Below are positions 24,111 to 40,674 of a stretch of 64,000 bases of DNA, piece after piece. A program made the position numbers and the translations under genes. The notes beneath the pieces were generated by a model that saw only the letters and a list, made by a program, of their open reading frames with translations, ran no database searches and had not been told where the DNA came from. Origin of the DNA: Macrostomum lignano (taxonomy: Eukaryota); the NCBI GenBank assembly GCA_002269645.1, contig NIVC01000245.1:558001-622000 (forward strand), given 5' to 3'. The stretch's first letter is position 1; every line of letters starts with the position of its first letter.

Positions 24111-24962
24111 GACTGAAGGGACTGATAATAAAACCAATTGAAATTTGTCACCCGCCTCTTTCATTACTGAAATTACTCAAACGATAGCTGGCTTGAATGT
24201 GTGTACGCAACCCCCAAACTTTATCTGGCAACTTTAATGCAAAAATGACTACAATCTTTGCAGAAAGTTTCAAAGTATGGAAGTTTTTTAATGCTGTGGT
24301 TTTTGTTCTTATATTTAAAGCAGACAACTTATATCCCCGAACTCAGCGTTGCAAGATCTTTCCAGCAATAAAGGTCTCTTTTCTCAAAGTTTAAAAATCA
24401 AGGAACAGTTAGCGTTTGAACTTTCCAGTGTATGTAAACCCACCTGCTAGTAAGAGGCTTGCAAGTTTATTCATTCATTAAATTTCATTGCCCAGCTAAT
24501 ACACAGGGCTGCCTATTGAAAGGCACCAATAATAAAACCAATTGAATCTCGATCTAGTCCTATCTATCTGCAGGCTCTGTCTACACTGTACATTGCTATA
24601 TACACTCAGCCTGACCCCCTATTCCATGGGAATTATTAAAATTTAATTGCACCCCAACATGGTATGGGGGTTATTTACATTAAACATATAATGTGTCCCC
24701 CACCCATCCAATGCACAGCAACCTGTGGGCAGAGGTTGGGGTGGTTGTTTTTACAACATGTTATTACCCCTCTATTGGAGAAGCAAAAATGCAAAATGGC
24801 CAAAGAAGGTTAAGAAAAATGTTTTTTGCTTTTTGACCAAACCTAATTTTTTTCATTTTCAACATTAAAATAGCCTATTTTTTGCAAAAGACATTGATAT
24901 ATATAACTCCCGCATTCGAGTTGGCAACCATCCAGGAAGGAGATATGCATTAAACCTAGGGA

Positions 24963-25105
24963 TTGCAACTCCAGGATCCCGAATCCCGGACACCTTTTGG
25001 CCTAATGGGATCCCGGGATCCCGAATCCTGGACACTTTTTGGCCTGAAGGGATCTTGGGATCCCAAATCCCGGACACTTTTTGGCCTAACGGGATCCCAG
25101 GATTG
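24963..25105. repeat. GGGATCCC-rich tandem repeat (~41 bp, ~3 copies)
   Basis: GGATCCCGAATCCCGGACACTTTTTGGCCT repeated three times. Confidence 0.8.
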
Positions 25106-25236
25106 GAAACTTTTTTGATAAAGTGGGTGATGTCCAGAAAATATCAAAATGTTCGTATTTTAAATATATTACACAAGTAAAATTTGCATATTATGATTGT
25201 GAGTCATGACGTGATGACGTGACTCTCGATTCTCAA

Positions 25237-25636
25237 TAGAGGTAGGATGGGATCCCAATCCCGATCCCAAAATCACGGGATCCCAAAGAAAATTGAATTC
25301 CCGTGGGACCAGAATCCCGACCCTAAAAAACTCAAGATTCTGGAACAGGTCTTTTGATTAAAATTTTATAGAATTAGTGATTACTTGAAGGTAATTTTGC
25401 TTTAACTTATACTCGTTACATTATTTACTTTGTTGGTTACAAAACTTTATATCAATTTCGTTGTGTTTTATTTCTTGATCTTGACAATCTTTTCTCAATT
25501 TTGTTTAACTTTACATGGACAACACACTAAAAGACCTGATCCCGATTCTTGAATCCTAATCCCAATCCCGATCCCGAGAAAAAAATTATTCCCAATCCCA
25601 ATCCTGCCCAAAGATTTCAATCCCGTCCGACCTCTA
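25237..25636. mobile_element. MITE-like element with 17 bp imperfect TIRs, possibly hAT-type
   Basis: TAGAGGTAGGATGGGAT vs reverse complement TAGAGGTCGGACGGGAT (15/17); flanking 8-mers ATTCTCAA and ATATTCAA match 6/8; subterminal ATCCC repeats. Confidence 0.55.
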
Positions 25637-28600
25637 ATATTCAAATCATGAGATGATACAATACAAATTATACAATATGTACAATACATGCGAGTCTTAA
25701 ACTTGTGTTGTTTTTTTGTGTATTTGACTACTTGTGTTACTTGTGTAACTTGTGAAGTTGTATAACCTGTGTTATGTATATAAAAGCATTGAAAAATAAC
25801 TCATTGATGTCTGCTGGGAGTTCAACGCATTTACTAAAATCAGCCTACATGTATATCTACTTCTACAGGCTTTGGAAGGAAATAAAAGCATGCCTAACTA
25901 CCTTGGGCATCGGACCTTGAGCCAAAGGCAATTTGTAATACAAACTAGAGGTCAGACAAGCAGAAAATTTTGGTCAGGCATGATCATAATTGTGAATTTA
26001 TATTTGCATACATGTATTAGGAGCTCTTAAGTTACAAGTGTAGAAAATAACAAAACAAGAAAAGAAACCATTATATATTACATAATAAATACTCAGTAAT
26101 GTAGTCAAGTTGAGAAATATAAAATGTACTACTGCTTTACAATTCGTGTTCTCATTTTTTTAATAAAGTCAAATAGAAAAGCCATTACTTTTAAAAGCTT
26201 GGCTTCTACTATTAATAACACTAACTATTTGCATGTTCACTGTGCTAAGACCTATATATGCTTGGCTGGCTAAAGGTCTGGCTAAGATAAGTCACAAAAA
26301 TGCCAATTCAGGAAAAATATAGATGTAGATACTAATTAGATGACATGCCATTTAGCCCTAATAAGTGTCTTGCCAATTATACAAAAATTATGTTAACTTT
26401 GCTTTATAAGGTTTCTTGCATAGGAAAGTTGCATTTTTGGTTAAAAGTAAATCACACAGCTAGCCAAGTGAAATTTCAATTGGGCATGTTAGCTGGGAAC
26501 TATCTTATTTGAGTTCTTATAATAAGATACAAAGTTCATTTGAAAGCTTCTCTATAATATAAAATGCTCTTATAAATCATTCTTTTTTTCCTTTTCATTG
26601 TTTTATACCATATTATCAAAGGGGTTGATCTAAAAAGTGTAATAATTGAATGATTGCAAAAATGGCATATTTTGCAATAGGTGCAACCTATAATCAAATC
26701 AATTTCATATAGTTAATATTATATACTATCAAAAAATTATTTTTGGCATAAATGGCCTAGTATAACAAGAGATTCATTAGTATATTCTACCATAATATAG
26801 AAATATTATCTGTTGTAGCATAGAAAAATATTTTTAAGCTTAGGCTAAAAAAGTTCTTCTCAAACTTCATAAAGTCTTCACATGAAGTCTTCATGTGATA
26901 AAACAAAAATCATTAAGTTTTTATCTTTTATAAGTATACTTTATTTAAAAAGAAAAATAAGTGTAAGTTTAATTTGCTTCAATGTAGTTTTAAATCAAAA
27001 ATGTTATATTTTTAGGAAATAGGCCTAGATAGGGCCTAGTAGGCCTATAAATAAAAAATGATTAAAAATGATTTTCTTTAGGCCTAGCATAGGCTGCATA
27101 AATATCAGTCAAGACCAAAGCAAAGACCAAGCCTAGTAGCTAATTAGGTTAGGCCTATTGTGTCTTGAGAAATTTCAATCCTATATACGAATTATTATTG
27201 CTAATAGCACTTTTTCCAACAAATGTCTTGCAATTTGGTTTACTTTTTATATCTATTAAGGTATACTTATAATCATGTTACTTCTATACTATAGCCATCA
27301 TGGCCTAGCCGTGGGTATACTGATGAAAATTGATGAATGAAAAAAAAGTTCTGGTCGCGAAAGCGCGAACGGCTGAGGACCCTTTATTGGGTTGAGGTGA
27401 AGCAAAGCAGAAATATTGGGATTAATACCAGATTATAGGAATTTAGGTCCTAGGCCTAAACATAAAACATAGTTAGATTAAACAAACCAAATGAAAGTGT
27501 TGTTGGCGTATAAAGAGAGGCCTGTGTTTAAAGCATATCTATTGTGTTCTTAAAGTCAAAATACGAACGCAAGAAACTTCAGTGTCAGTGTGAGCTGTGA
27601 GGTAATATTGACCTTGCCGATACAGAACAACTGCGTTCTAAGAAAGTTACAGTTTTAAACCATGCTGAAGCTTCTATGAAAAATAGTGAAATAAACTAAT
27701 ATACTAATTTTTTGAGATCACGCTATGAAGCTTTTGATTAGTAGTCATATATCTAGGCTCGAATATTTTGAAGTTAGTTGTGCAAACTTGCAGTTTACCC
27801 AGCTTGCTGTATATAATGGAAGACCTTAATTGTTGTTTCTGAGAGATCACTCTGCGGCCGCGCATCGTCTGCGGCCTACATGTATGTGGTCCATGCAGCA
27901 TGCAAAGACTACTAGACTTGAAGAACTACTGGATTTTATAACGAAGTGTTCCTAGTTGTCCTTTGGCTGCATGAGAAGCAGCAGCAGTTCAGCAGCTTCT
28001 TAGGATTGTTCTTTTAAAAACCATGCGTTTCGTCGCGATTGTTGATTACCATGATCGACGCTATCTGCATATATACAGTGTACAATACATTGTGCGAGCT
28101 TACTGTATATTTTATGTGTTTTTAAAGCCATTAATAAAATACGGTGTTCATGTACTGTACGAGATTAGTATCGAGGCTAGCTTCACCGGCCGGCGAATGG
28201 CCGAAAAATTATGTACACATAATGTAGAAGCGATCGGATCTCCTTTTGGTTTACATGTACATGTACAATTGATTTACGAAAAAATTCGAGTGCAATCAAA
28301 TGTAAGATCTAGAGCTGTCGAAGCGATCCCAGCAGTACAACAGCAGCCTCTGCAGAATCAGATTTATGACAGCTAAGATTATAGCTGGAGTCCCTCTCGG
28401 ATTTCAAAGGATCTTCTGAAAGCCTCTCCAACTATTCGACGAGCTGCTATGCAAGGCTCACGAGCGGAAAGTCCACGCCATGTGCAAGCACTGCCACTTC
28501 ATTAGTGGGCGGCGGTTCCCGCATTTAATTCCTATGTCTGCCATGCCTAAGCTGACTCAGATAATTTGGAACGCAGAGTAAGAAAGTTTAAACAAATTAA

Positions 28601-28699
28601 CAATTACATGCCAATTATACTACCAATCAACGCCCCCCCCCGTGGGGAGCCCACAAAGAATGTAATAAATTTTTTTGAATAAACTACATGTAGCTTCTT

Positions 28700-29120
28700 A
28701 CCTCAGCCTTTATCTTAGCAATCGCCCCCATACTCTCAGCAATTCCCCCATCAGCCTTAACATCTATACGACATTCCCCTCGAAGGCCTTGACATCTCAG
28801 CAATTTAACCACCCAAGCCGTTAAATCTTATCAATTCCCCGTAAGCCTTGACATCTCAGCCATTCCACCAAGCCTTGAAGTCTTACAATTGTAGCAATTG
28901 CCCCAGTAAGCCTTGTCATCTCTAGAAATTCTCCCCAAGACTACATGACACTTTTTTGGCATGTTTGACATGACATGGTTCGTTTTTTCTGACATGACGC
29001 TTCTTTTATTTTTTACATGATGTTTCTTTCATTTCTTACATGACGTTTTAATGTCTAGCATGACGCTTCTTTTTTATATGACGCTTCTTTTATGTCCTAC
29101 ATGACGCTTCTTTTATTCTA
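28700..29120. repeat. Two adjacent degenerate minisatellites (AAGCCTTGACATCTC-type then CATGACGCTTCTTTT-type)
   Basis: Repeated short motifs visible by eye. Confidence 0.65.
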
Positions 29121-29352
29121 TGAACAATATTATCTGATTTATAGATTCAATTCTCTAAGCCATTTAGCTCGTACGTACAACAGGACGACAGACAGAGCAA
29201 AACTCGCCTGAAAATCAGCCTTACTACGAACGTATTTTTTCGCCTAAAATGTGATGCGATAAAAATATGAAGATTTCAAATGTACAAGTACTGCTAGAAA
29301 AATTCACTTATAGCTAGAGATCACAAATAATATGTGAGATGAGATGACGCTC

Positions 29353-29700
29353 GGGCGGCCGCAGCCTAGTTGTCTATAGCGCAGCGCTCTGATGTGCCAG
29401 CGGTCCAGACTCGATTCCAAGTACAGTCACATTAATTTGGGGCTGAATTGGAATCTCGGCTTGGCTCTGCTCGTGCAATTAACGGCCCAAGGCACAGTAA
29501 AGAGTGATGCCAGCTATAAATAAAGTTAGGGCTGCTGTGCACTCCTGTGTGAGTGTGTGACTGTGCGTATAACTGCGTACGTATCCGTGAGCTTGTATGC
29601 CTGCTCAGGGGAGTCGGTGGAATGGGCAGTAATGACTCTCGCCGGTTGTGTGACAATGTCGCTTGAAGCGCGCATACAGCCCTCCGCCTCTAATAAGAAG
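29353..29700 (+). mobile_element. tRNA-derived SINE family A, copy 2
   Basis: CTCGATTCCAAGTACAGTCA-ATTAATTTGGGGCTGAATTGGAATCTCGGCTTGGCTCTGCTCGTGCAATTAACGGCC is nearly identical to 17048-17125. Confidence 0.8.
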
Positions 29701-30175
29701 TATAGCTACCCAATAAGGAGCGCTAGAAGTTAAGTAACGTGTTTTCATGACGCAACACTCGCCTTTATTGAAAAAATGATGGCCCCTTGATAAAGTTATG
29801 TTTGAGATTTATTTCTGCTTCTGCTTACTAAAAGTGATTAAAATTACATGTGCCTTTGTTTAAATGTGCCATCTTCGTGTAGATCTATGCTAGTTTTTAT
29901 GAGAAATTCATTTGGTTACATTAGCAAATTAACCAACCGTCTGCAAGAAACGATATAAATTTGATGAATATGCGCGTAATTTTTGCTAGGCTTTCTAGCG
30001 AATGAAAAGCTTTTGGTTTTAACTAGCTTAATAACTAAATGACTTGACAGTTACAATTACTCTACATGTACTCTCGTAATGGTCATACCATTTCAGAGTA
30101 TTTCAGACAGACTTCTTTATTGTGGATTAAACCTTTTATCGAAAATTAATTTCACAAAGCGACTGCTGTTTATCC

Positions 30176-30332
<157 letters not shown>

Positions 30333-30525
30333 CGCCTTGTTCATATTTATGTTTCCCACATTACCGTACGACTTGATCTTTATTGGACCTTTCGTAAACC
30401 TCGTATCGATTCTTGCTGAATATAAATGGATACAAATAAAATTATTCCTTGTTACCCATATGAACGGAAACTCCAAAGAAATCCATTTTTAAACGTGCAG
30501 TCCTCATCTAGCCTCACTAGCTTAA

Positions 30526-33940
<3,415 letters not shown>

Positions 33941-35123
33941 TACTGTTTATTCTGATTTATGAAAAATCAGAATCTGCGGTTTCTGCAGGTTCGTCAAACT
34001 TGTAAGATTATGCTTAGAAACATAAGAGCTGTTACCCTGTAACGTTACGCTACCCTACCCTAGCTAGAATATTACGTTACCCTGTTGCTCTGGCATTCGT
34101 AGTAGCTAAGGAGGCTTTTTAAATCTCTCCCTGCCGAAAGTCATGCAGTCGCAAACCCCGCACGCACTTACGTAGACCGGGTATCGAATAGCTCTAGGCA
34201 ACAAAGGAGGAAGAGCTCCATAATCCTCTTCAAAGAGTAGGAGGGGGGCTTCTTAATTATTATTACCTGCAGAGACACCCGCTCAGAAGCATCCGCCTTC
34301 ATCTCAATTTCATTTTCTTCCCCCCCCCTCATCTTTACCTGTTGAAAGAAGATTCTACTTAGTTTACCCACTTATGCCTCAATTGTCGCATGAGAGAAAA
34401 CAATTCCGAATGCAAAATCTGTGGAACCATTTTTTTCGGGGTGGACAGTAAAAGTAACAATTAGGACTCAATACCAATAACTTCAATTAAGGTGTCTTGA
34501 ATTGTACGCTTGTAAACTTACAAAACATGTTTTTTCCAGCTCGTTGACATTTTATAATATCACCTTCAAATCAAGGATATTGAATAACTCGACTTGGGGA
34601 CATGCAGGAACGGTTATTAAATTTAGAATCTCAAGCACCTGCTGTGCATCAAAATTCAGTTGAGCTTGTTCGCGATGCATGGCTTAAAAATAAACACGAA
34701 GAAAGTGAGCAGTGAACAGCTATTATGCAAAATAACTGTCCTGGATTCTTTGCCTGACTATACAGCAGACCCGTTCGACCATTCAGGCGAAGCTGCATGT
34801 AAAACGTGAAGCGTGTTTGTCCATAAAAGCAAGATAATGTTCTCTTTTAGTATCTTCCTTAGCAAAGTGAGCTACTCGAGCTACAAGGTAAGAGATGAAT
34901 TTGCTTGTTTTTTCCCTACCTCTAATTTAACTTTCTCTGGCAAAGAGAAGTGTCCGCGATGGCTACTTAAGTGGCCTTTAATTGCCAGAGCAGAAAGAGA
35001 GGATCAGTCCATGCTTACACTCACCATCGTGCATGGGTATATTGTATCCAAATCTTACGGTCGTACCTAATCATGCTACACATGACGATTCACACTTCTG
35101 TTTGGCGGTTTGATTACACCTGC

Positions 35124-35376
35124 CCTAATAGGCAGATGTGCAACCGACAGCTCAACTGCAGCTATTGAGCGGCGCATCTGAAGGCTGCGTACGGCTGTTC
35201 AGTCCAAGGACTGGGAGGTCGCCACACACAGCCTCAATTACCCCAGCTAATGCTGATGGCATCCATTTTACAGCTGGGTGAACTGAAGCAATGCAGAGTT
35301 AAGTGTCTTGCTCAAGGACACAAATTGTTCTGAGCGGGTTGAGAATCGAACTCCAGTTGCTCTAACCACTAGTAGG
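35124..35376 (-). mobile_element. CORE-type SINE family C, copy 1
   Basis: Reverse complement of 55569-55845; A-box TAGTGGTTAGAGC, B-box GAGTTCGATTCT, CORE-like segment. Confidence 0.8.
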
Positions 35377-36322
35377 TCAGACTTTTTCATAACAGAATGT
35401 TTGAATTCCAATTTTAAAGTAAATTACAGCTGCAACTACAACTACCTCGTAGTCTTCTCTTCTTACAAAGAAAATAAATATCTCAAAACTGTGAGTTTTA
35501 ATAATTCCTCAAATATATTATATTTTATTAATGTGCTTGACACCAAAAGATTTCAAAGTACATGTACATACATGTATAAGTGCGATTCTAAACTAAGTAC
35601 AACATATAAATGTTCGCAACCAAGAATTCATGTGAAAATCTTGTACCAGACAAAAATTAGGACGTGGGTTAGGGAAACAAGAGTAAAAGTTTTTGACAGC
35701 TTCAATAGTTATCAAGCATAAATTATTGATTGCATCAGAAAATCTACGCGAAACAATGCATATTTACTTCTTCGTGAGGTACATGTAAACAAAGATAAAA
35801 AACAAACATTAAAACAAACTGCATTTATACATTTATAAACTCGAATCTATTGTTTATGCAGTACTGGGCTGAAATACTTTAAGCAAGGATAAAAACTAAC
35901 CGTTTTAAATGGGCAAACGGCAGACAATAATCCATAAAAATCGAAGTTGTCTGACCATACGGAAACATAAACAGAAAAACAAACAAAATATAACATTCCA
36001 GAAACTACCCAAGACAAGCTAGGATGCTCATAATTTAAGATTTGTAGACGCCGAAGATTGGTGTTTAAAAGAGAGGCAGTAGGTGAGGGGAGGAATTAGA
36101 TTTGACTGGATGTAGGAACGATACAGAAGGGTGACGTGTGAGTGGATATCAGTGTATGAAGGGTGAAAGGTCTCTAGAAGTGACAGGGTTTATATGCACC
36201 CTTACATGTACTAGATTACTCACCTGGTAGGCGGTGCAAAAGAATACAATTATAGGTCAGAAAATGAATAAGAAAGGAGATGTGCATATTATGAGAATAG
36301 CTTTCGTAACATTAACAACAAA

Positions 36323-36697
36323 CCCTAGAGGACATTGACGTGTTGATTCTTAACAGATCTTATCTATCTTCTTGGGTTGCTGCGCAAGCAATTGCAAGAA
36401 CGTGCAAGATCTTCGCTATGATATTACTGGATCTGGGCGACTGGCTACATCGTACAAGATCTTATAACTTTTATATCTTTTTCTAGCTTCAAATCGCTTA
36501 TAATATTAAATTTATTGTCCTAGTTTACCATAAAATAAAAAATAATAAAGCTAGAACACTTTGGCCAAATGAATGACAAAACAAATGTGCCTCCCTTCTT
36601 ACAAGATCCTGCAAGAACCGAGTAGATTAAGAAGATCTGCTAAGAATGGCACAGAGACAAGATCTGCTAAGTTTGAGAAACAGAATGTCCTCTAGGG
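36323..36697. mobile_element. Nested inverted-repeat (MITE-like) element 3' of the GPCR stop
   Basis: CCCTAGAGGACATT (36323-36336) exact inverse at 36684-36697; inner ATTCTTAACAGATCTT (36346-36361) inverse at 36632-36647 (15/16). Confidence 0.55.
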
Positions 36698-36778
36698 AAA
36701 CAACAGCGCTGAGACTAAGCGAATGTAATAGTTACCACAAGCACGACTCAGAACTTCATCATCAACTGATTAATTGCT

Positions 36779-39178
36779 TCAGCTTGACGGATTGAGTTCG
36801 ACGAGCTCAAACGAGACTGCCGCGATAGCTGGCCGAGCTTTGTCCGGCAGATCCCGGCCGTTCCTGACTTCTTCGGTAAGAGATACCGGATCCTCACGTC
36901 GAACACTCATCATCTGGTGCCTGCGGCCCATCCGCCTGCGCAGCAGCAGCAGACGGGCAAGGACAAAAGCGATGGCGATGGCGTCAGACAGATTCTTCAG
37001 CGGCACAACCTTCTTGTGCAAGGTTTGGTAACTTGCCAAATCTTGCAGCTGTCCGTGCACTGCGATTGCCTTGTAGATGCCAATCACTTCTAGAGGCAGG
37101 TAGCAAACAAACGCCATCACGACGAACAGCAACTCGACGGTTGAATTCACCTGATTTACAAATCTGGCGCCTTTGTTGCTGTCAATTCCGTTGTCTCCAG
37201 AAGTAGCGGCTTGAGCGGAGCCAGAACGGCGCTGGGCGGACGTCGACGTAGACCGACTGAGTGCAGCGGCTTTGTTTCCCAGATCTGGCGGGCCTTTGGT
37301 GAGCCGAAAAAAGAGCACGATTATTCCGCAGGAGTTTATGATAAGGATTGGTAGATAGACGTCTAGCAGAACTTCGGATATTTCTACAAAACTGTAGAAT
37401 GTTTCAAAGCCGAAGTCCACGAGGCAGGCCTCCTGGTACGCGGGTTGCCTGTGTAAGAGACGAAGTTGTTGTTTAAAGAAAAACATCATCGGATTTATAA
37501 ACACTCTCCTCCCTCATTAACTCATACTTTAATCCTTTTCTCCAGGAGTTCACTCGAAATTCGGACAGTTACCATACCATCTCAGTTCCCCAGAATAGTC
37601 TTCCATGCATACCAGACTGAACCCGTACGAACAGGCACATACAGGAGTGTACAGTAGCCCTAACGTTATATATCGTAGACATGTACACTTCACTGTGCCT
37701 TTGGGATTGGCCATCAATGCCGTTAATTGCACGAGCAGGTCTAAGCTGAGATTCCAATTTAGCCACAGATTAATGTGACTGCACTTGGAATCGAGTCTGG
37801 GTCCGCTGGCACATCAGAGAGCCACTACGACCACTGCAGGGCTATACGCCCCCTTCCTAGACTGGACCCATTCTCCAGAGTTACTTTTCTTGGAATTTCG
37901 CCTAATTGCTAATACTACTTGTAAGTTCAGCAAGAAGAACTTTCAGAAAGTTAAAGAGCGGAAAATTCTGCTTTGACAAAGCGAGCTAGGCTCTGGTTTT
38001 CTGATAAGCATCACCTCCCGTGCTTTCTTCATGAGGTTGGGGCTTACATCTAGGCGGAGATTAACATTATCAAATATCCGGTTTCAGTTGATTCAATCGG
38101 AATCTCTGATTAATTAAAGTATTTGTTGAGAAGCTGAAAAACAGGAATTAATTTTGCAATTTCGCATCCTGTGGAAACTTACCGCCGTGATGGTGGGAAA
38201 CCTTCAATTAAATTAATGATTGAAAGTGATATTTGCTATGAAATCCAGTGGAAAATTTGGGAAGTGGAACCGGTTTTTTGTTTTAACGGAATCAGTTTAG
38301 CATTATAAATATATGAGTCACGTTTCCCCATTTTCTGCGCTAAAAATCTCGGCTGTATTTATTATTCACTTTTTAATTTAAACAATATGAATTTATTAGT
38401 GCTTCTCGGTCGCTTTTCACTGTTTCCTAAATCCCGTTGATGTCTTGTTACCTTCTTCTCTTGTTACAAAATTCAATTTAACTGTTCCTAAAAAGCATTC
38501 ATGTTTATATATCTAATTCTAATTTCAACCTTTGTATCCTCCTTGATATTTTACAGCTAATAGCATTGTCTTTACAACTAAAGTTTGGCAGGCTTACATC
38601 AGCGGGTCACTGTCTCCACCAGAGGAATCGTTCACGAAACTGGTGGCATTCGCAGTCGAATTCAGTTGTCCCTGCAGCGGTGGCAAGAGGTTCAGCAGGG
38701 GCGCGAACACGTAGATGTAGTTGATGTGCAGCGAGAATGCCAGGACGCTTGCAATGGCGAGACCGATGCGCAGTCTGAGCTTACTGAAGTGAACCAGACC
38801 CACTGCCGGGTTCAGCCTCATTGTGGCTCGTTCCAGTGCCAGTAGTACCAACAGCCAGTTCTGGAGCATCATGAGCAGGCTCTCGAAGGCATGATAGAGC
38901 TTACATGTCCAGGTACTCAGCAAGCGACTATGCACCAGAGGTACCAAGTACTCCAAGCCGAGAAACGTCGCTCGATGGACTACAAAGCTGGCATCCACTA
39001 TACTGACGCAGCGCAGGATGAGCAGACAGCTTAGTCGGCATCGACGAAAGTACTTGACTCGAGAAATGACTAGCAGACAGGCGATCAGAAGGGTCAGAGT
39101 CAGCAGGACATGGCTGTACCACACTGGCGAGGACCAGCGATCTCTGAAAAGTTCTTGCAAAGTGTGCTCTTGTTGCAT
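36779..39178 (-). CDS. Divergent class A (rhodopsin-like) orphan GPCR; exons 39178-38598 and 37448-36779
   Basis: Seven hydrophobic segments; TM2 Asp (SIVD), TM3 TCKL and LLALERA (DRY equivalent), TM5 LPILII, TM6 CYLP. Phase-2 junction AT|GTAAG to CACAG|G. Confidence 0.82.
37606..37853 (-). mobile_element. tRNA-derived SINE family A, copy 3 (3'-shortened) in GPCR intron
   Basis: Reverse complement matches the head and body of 16995-17280. Confidence 0.75.
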
Positions 39179-39524
39179 GTCGTTGTCTCTTAGGAGGGCT
39201 TGTCTCTAAGCAATTTTTCACAGTTGAAAATAATAATTCAAGAGATATTCGGTGATTTTGCGCGAATAAATTCAACACTGTGGCTGGCTTATAAGACAGA
39301 AAAATCCCAGGGGAAAGGGAAGGTGACCCATAAGAAGAGCAGCAGAAAAGAAGATGCAGGAAAGCGTGCGTGTCCAATTGGCTGTGCGTCTAGGCGGCGA
39401 ATGAAATCGCTTCAAAGGACTTTGGCCGTCAGGCCAGTCTGTCTGGCCATGCTTTTAGGGTGTGCAAGTATGGATGGAGAGTCTGCTTTAGTCTCAGTTG
39501 ACTCGTAGGCTTTGCATCAATTAT

Positions 39525-39760
39525 GGGTGCAGAGCAGGTCAGCGATATGCGCGTCTGACTCTCGCGTCACGATCCCTGGTTCGATTCCGTGCTTGGTCAC
39601 ATTCATTTTGAGGCCAGGGGGTTGACGTCCGATTCACGCCCATGATGGAGGGCCAACCAACAAAGCCCAGAGAGTGTACATGCCTGGCGATTAGAAAGTC
39701 AGTGACGCTGTACATTCTGTGAGCGCGTGTGTGAGTGAATGTGTGCGAACAGAATTGGCG
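39525..39760 (+). mobile_element. tRNA-derived SINE family B
   Basis: B-box GGTTCGATTCC; head GCAGAGCAG.TCAG..GCGTCTGACT recurs at 41401; body GGCCAACC..AAAG..GAGAGTGTACAT..GATTAGAAAGTCA recurs at ~43048-43087. Confidence 0.6.
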
Positions 39761-40674
39761 CACTTGTAGAATTGCATCAGCGCTGGTTGTGGGACAATGC
39801 CACCGAAGGCGTTGCGTCAGGGTGCCCGCAGCTCTCGAAAATATTTATGTATTGGTGGCCGCCTCCCTTTGTCACTGGCGATGATGGTAACCAATTTTAC
39901 TTTGCCCTAGAAAGGGTCCTCACCGCCCTCAGTTTGCTCAGTATGGCGCCCCTCTAGGTCACCCTCCTGTATTATGGTGCACCCACCCATGGTTAAAATC
40001 CGCCCCTCCTTTTTACAATTTTAAATCCGCCTCTGCCCAAGGTCATAAAGATTTACTTATACGTTTTTAACATGTTTGATTTTCCTGAGAGAGCTGATAG
40101 TTTCATGAACTGCTTTGGTGCTTGAAGTGCAAATCCCCATTTGTGAGCCATTGGGATTTTAAAATGTTGGTTCAACTTTATACAATCCCATGTAGGTGTT
40201 TAAAGCAGTATGGTAGACATCCGTATACCACCCAACTGCGTTAAGAAGTGCAGAGTAACTTTAATGTGTCATTTTAATTGTAAACTTGAACACTTAAATA
40301 TTGATCACAAGGACCACTGTAGTAGTAGTCTACTACAGAGGTCCTTGATTGTTAGGGTTTTTGTTAAGTCTCTGAGTGAGCAGTTGGTTTTAATTAGGAA
40401 AGTAAAGGCAGGACCTATGTGTCTCAAAGATAAAATACATTGAATCCTAGAGTTTCAAATATCTTCAAAGAGAAAAGCAGAGACGAGGAGCGAACCTGCG
40501 AGAAGATCGGAATCGAAAATCAATGATTGCTCACTTTATCAAAGGGGAAGAGGATGTATCGGATTATTCGGACTTTGGAATTTAATTACCAGGGGATTGA
40601 ATTAAATGCACTCTTTTTCACTTTATACTCGAGGCAGTATGATTATACTCGTAAAAAGGGTGCTAGCTGGGATA

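Noticed and set aside
27352-27400. TCGCG-AAAG-CGCGA mini-hairpin, reminiscent of Helitron/Helentron ends
   Set aside because: Only a 5 bp stem; no matching other end or second copy in the window.
28420-28577. KVHAMCKHCHF peptide resembling a BED zinc finger, followed by GTAAG
   Set aside because: Frame closed immediately upstream, no downstream exon or transposase found.
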